Of a DNA stretch of 64,000 nucleotides, positions 61,303-64,000 are shown piece after piece (positions within the stretch are counted from its first letter, which is position 1; each line of letters starts with the position of its first letter). The notes under the pieces are model-generated. The model saw nothing but the letters and a program-made list of their open reading frames with translations, had not been told where the DNA came from and searched no databases. Position numbers and translations under genes: made by a program. The stretch comes from Tubulanus polymorphus (lineage: Eukaryota; Animalia; Nemertea): contig NC_134029.1 of the NCBI RefSeq assembly GCF_964204645.1, forward strand, positions 9,636,850 through 9,700,849, in the 5' to 3' direction.

Positions 61303-61836
61303 CTAGGGGTCCAGGGACACCGTGCCCACTTGGAAAGTGGTTTCAAATGCTCAACAATCTAACAATTTCAATATTCAACGGCCCCTGGTAACCATATACA
61401 AAAACCAATGACCTTGAAACTCACCACGATCATAGAAAATGTCAGCAGCTACAATTTTGCAATTGGCTGTGATAACAACATATGCCTTGGTACCAATATA
61501 ATAAGGAAATACTAAATTATTCTACAATTCAATGCCCCCTTGAAACTCACCGCAATCATAGAATATGTCATGAGCTACAATTTAGCAATTGATTATGGTA
61601 ACAAAATATGCCTAGGTACCAATATAATAAGGAAATACTAAGTTATTCTACTTATACAACACCCCCTGGTGACCATATAGAATAGCCTATGACCGTGAAA
61701 CTCACCACAATCATAGAACATGTCCTGAGCTACAACTTTGCAATTGATTGTGGTAACAAAATATGCATAGGTACGAATATAATATCGAAATACTAAGTTA
61801 TTATATTATTCAATGCCCCCTGGTGGCCATATACAA
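61303..61836 (-). mobile_element. HINE family A 3' part, interrupted by another family A copy
   Basis: Ends GCCATATACAA|CTAGGGG, where the next copy begins. Confidence 0.8.
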
Positions 61837-64000
61837 CTAGGGGTCCAGGGACACCATGCCCACTTGGGAAATGGTTTCAAATGTTCAACAATCTAACAAT
61901 TTCAATATTCAACACCCCCTGGTGACCACGTACAAAAACCAGACCTTGAAACTCACCAATCATAGAACATATCAGCAGCTACAATTTTGTAATTGATTGT
62001 GGTAAAAAAATATGCCTCGTTACCAATTTAATATGGAAATACTAAGTTATTCTACTATTCAACGCCCCCTGGTGACCATATTCAAAACCCAATGACCTTG
62101 AAACTCACCACAATCATAGAACATGTCATGAAATACAACTTTGCAATTAATCATGGTAACAAAACATGCCTAGGTACCAATATAATAAGGAAATACTAAG
62201 TTATTCTACTGTTCAATGCCCCCTGGTTACCATATAGAATAACCAATGTCCTTGGTATTGGTATAGTAGAATTTCTAAATTCTTCAAATAGCAAGTTACA
62301 GATATTAAACCTATGGTAGTGTGACCTCTATAGAAAATGTTACACATTCAAAAATTAATTTTTTTAATTTATGCTAATTTATGCTAATTAGGTGGGTTTT
62401 TATGCGCAATTAGAGGGGTTTACGAAAAACACTCCAAAAGATAAATCAATTGATATATTGATATAATTCATTCAGCATTCGGTTCATAACTAACATGGCT
62501 AGTGCTTGTGCCTCTATCTAGTGTTTACACAAGTTATATTTTTCAAAAAATTATTTCAAAGTTGAAACTACACAATTTTTCAGAAATTTTCTACCTAATT
62601 ATATATTCATAGAGGTACCTAGCCTACCATAACGTAGATATTAACTTTTCCAAGGCACATGCACTAGCTTTATGGATAACAAGTATTTCAAATTTCAAGG
62701 CTCTACCTCAAATACTTTTTCCAAAATCATGTTTTCGGTAATGTGCGTCGGCCGTAAATGATGATTGCGAGAAAACACCAATTTTTTTAAATTTCTCAAG
62801 GAATTTGACTTAATTTATCTAAAATACAACACTTTAGTAGGTTACACCTATCAAATTGTTCATTTGAATGCTGGTTACCCTGCAGGAAGCTCCTGTGCCA
62901 CCATATTGTGCAGAAGTTGCCAAAATTTTCATCCTGATGCTGAATTTATTGCATTCACCCTTGGTGGCCGGCAACTTTTAGCAGGGGGGTGGGCTGATTG
63001 GATTACCCGTAAACTTTTTTTCTTTTTCTTTGAATGTTTCTAACTTTCCTCATTGATAGATAACAGTTTAAAGTTAATCATTTTACCACTTAAAAGCCCA
63101 ATGAAGCATGTATTCACGAGACTAAAGCAAAATATGCTATGAATTTCTGTAAAGTCAAAATTCTGGAAAATTTCATGATTTTCATTTCTTTCAAAAAATG
63201 ATACCCAACAACTTACAGATCAATGTTTTGGGTTATAAAGTCTATTGTGAATCTATTGTAGATGGCAGCACTGTACGGGTATAAATAGTATCGGTTTAAC
63301 ACCTCTAGAAGTAACTTAGAACACGTTGCTAAGGGTCGTTGCTAAGGGCTTTGAGATTGGAGGGATCTTGTTTGACCCCCAAAAACATGCCTTTACCGTT
63401 ATCTGACCACTCCAAAAATTTCGGAGGTCATTCTACCCACCTATAGTGTTCAATATCAGTGCTTTTTAAAAAACTGAGAAATTTAAGATTTTCTCTGAAA
63501 TTCTAGTATACCAATACCTTAAAACTCACCACAATCATAGACGATGTCATGAGCTACAACTTTGCAATGGATTGTGGTTACAAAATATGCATTGGTACAA
63601 ATATAATATAGAAATACTAAGATATGTATTATTCAACGCCCCCTGGTGCCCATATACAAAAACCAATGACCTTGAAACTCACAACAATCATGGAGCACGT
63701 CATAAGCTACTTTCTAATTCATTGTGGTAGCAAAATATGCTAAGGTATCAATATGATGTCGAAAAACTTTTTCCCACCTATAAATGAGTACTGATCACAC
63801 CAAGATGGCCACCAATTGCGTCATAATTGGCTGATCAAAAACAACTGTCTCAGGTATAAAACATCCCTTTCCAAAGAATACCCACCACAAATTGCAATGA
63901 GAAATGGCACACCAGTAGGAAGCTTCAGGACTCAGAATTCGGGGCAAAATAGACATTTTTGGGCACTTAAAAGGTCATAGGATGGCCATCTTGAGTCCGA
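61837..64000 (-). mobile_element. HINE family A nested copy (runs off the window) containing a TIR insertion
   Basis: Family A 3' end at 61837; resumes at 63519 after the insertion. Confidence 0.8.
62254..63518. mobile_element. 1.27-kb TIR element with GG..CC termini and an apparent 2-bp (TT) TSD
   Basis: GGTATTGGTATAGTAGAATTTC / GAAATTCTAGTATACCAATACC splits host AATGTCCTTAAAACTC. Confidence 0.75.

Overview
AT-rich, intron- and repeat-rich eukaryotic DNA, most likely from a non-model invertebrate animal; the species cannot be determined from the sequence. Nearly all ORFs in the supplied track are spurious, and the real genes are spliced. I reconstructed three by hand from GT-AG junctions with consistent phases. 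(1) The first coding exon (PH domain) of a RasGRF orthologue, - strand, 3877-4146. (2) A complete 14-coding-exon, ~609-aa RAP1/TERF2IP (shelterin) orthologue, + strand, 10448-43206, with BRCT, Myb, a long linker and an RCT domain. (3) Five exons of CCDC134, - strand, 53394-59318; its signal-peptide exon probably lies beyond the window. The rest is a dense, nested transposon landscape. It includes a 1.16-kb mini-Polinton/Maverick (AGT..ACT TIRs, 6-bp TSD) inserted next to or into a Penelope-like retroelement that carries a minimal hammerhead ribozyme. There are about 10 copies of a Helentron-type non-autonomous element (HINE family A) with 154-bp tandem units, each carrying a CTCF-consensus-like motif. 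Also present are other HINEs, Harbinger/Tc1/hAT-like MITEs, a 31-bp hairpin minisatellite, and SINE and LINE fragments. The most striking pattern: four independent Helentron-type insertions, from three different families, all fall in the same homologous T-run directly next to the CTCF-like motif of family A. Family assignments come from recalled motifs and structure, not from database searches.
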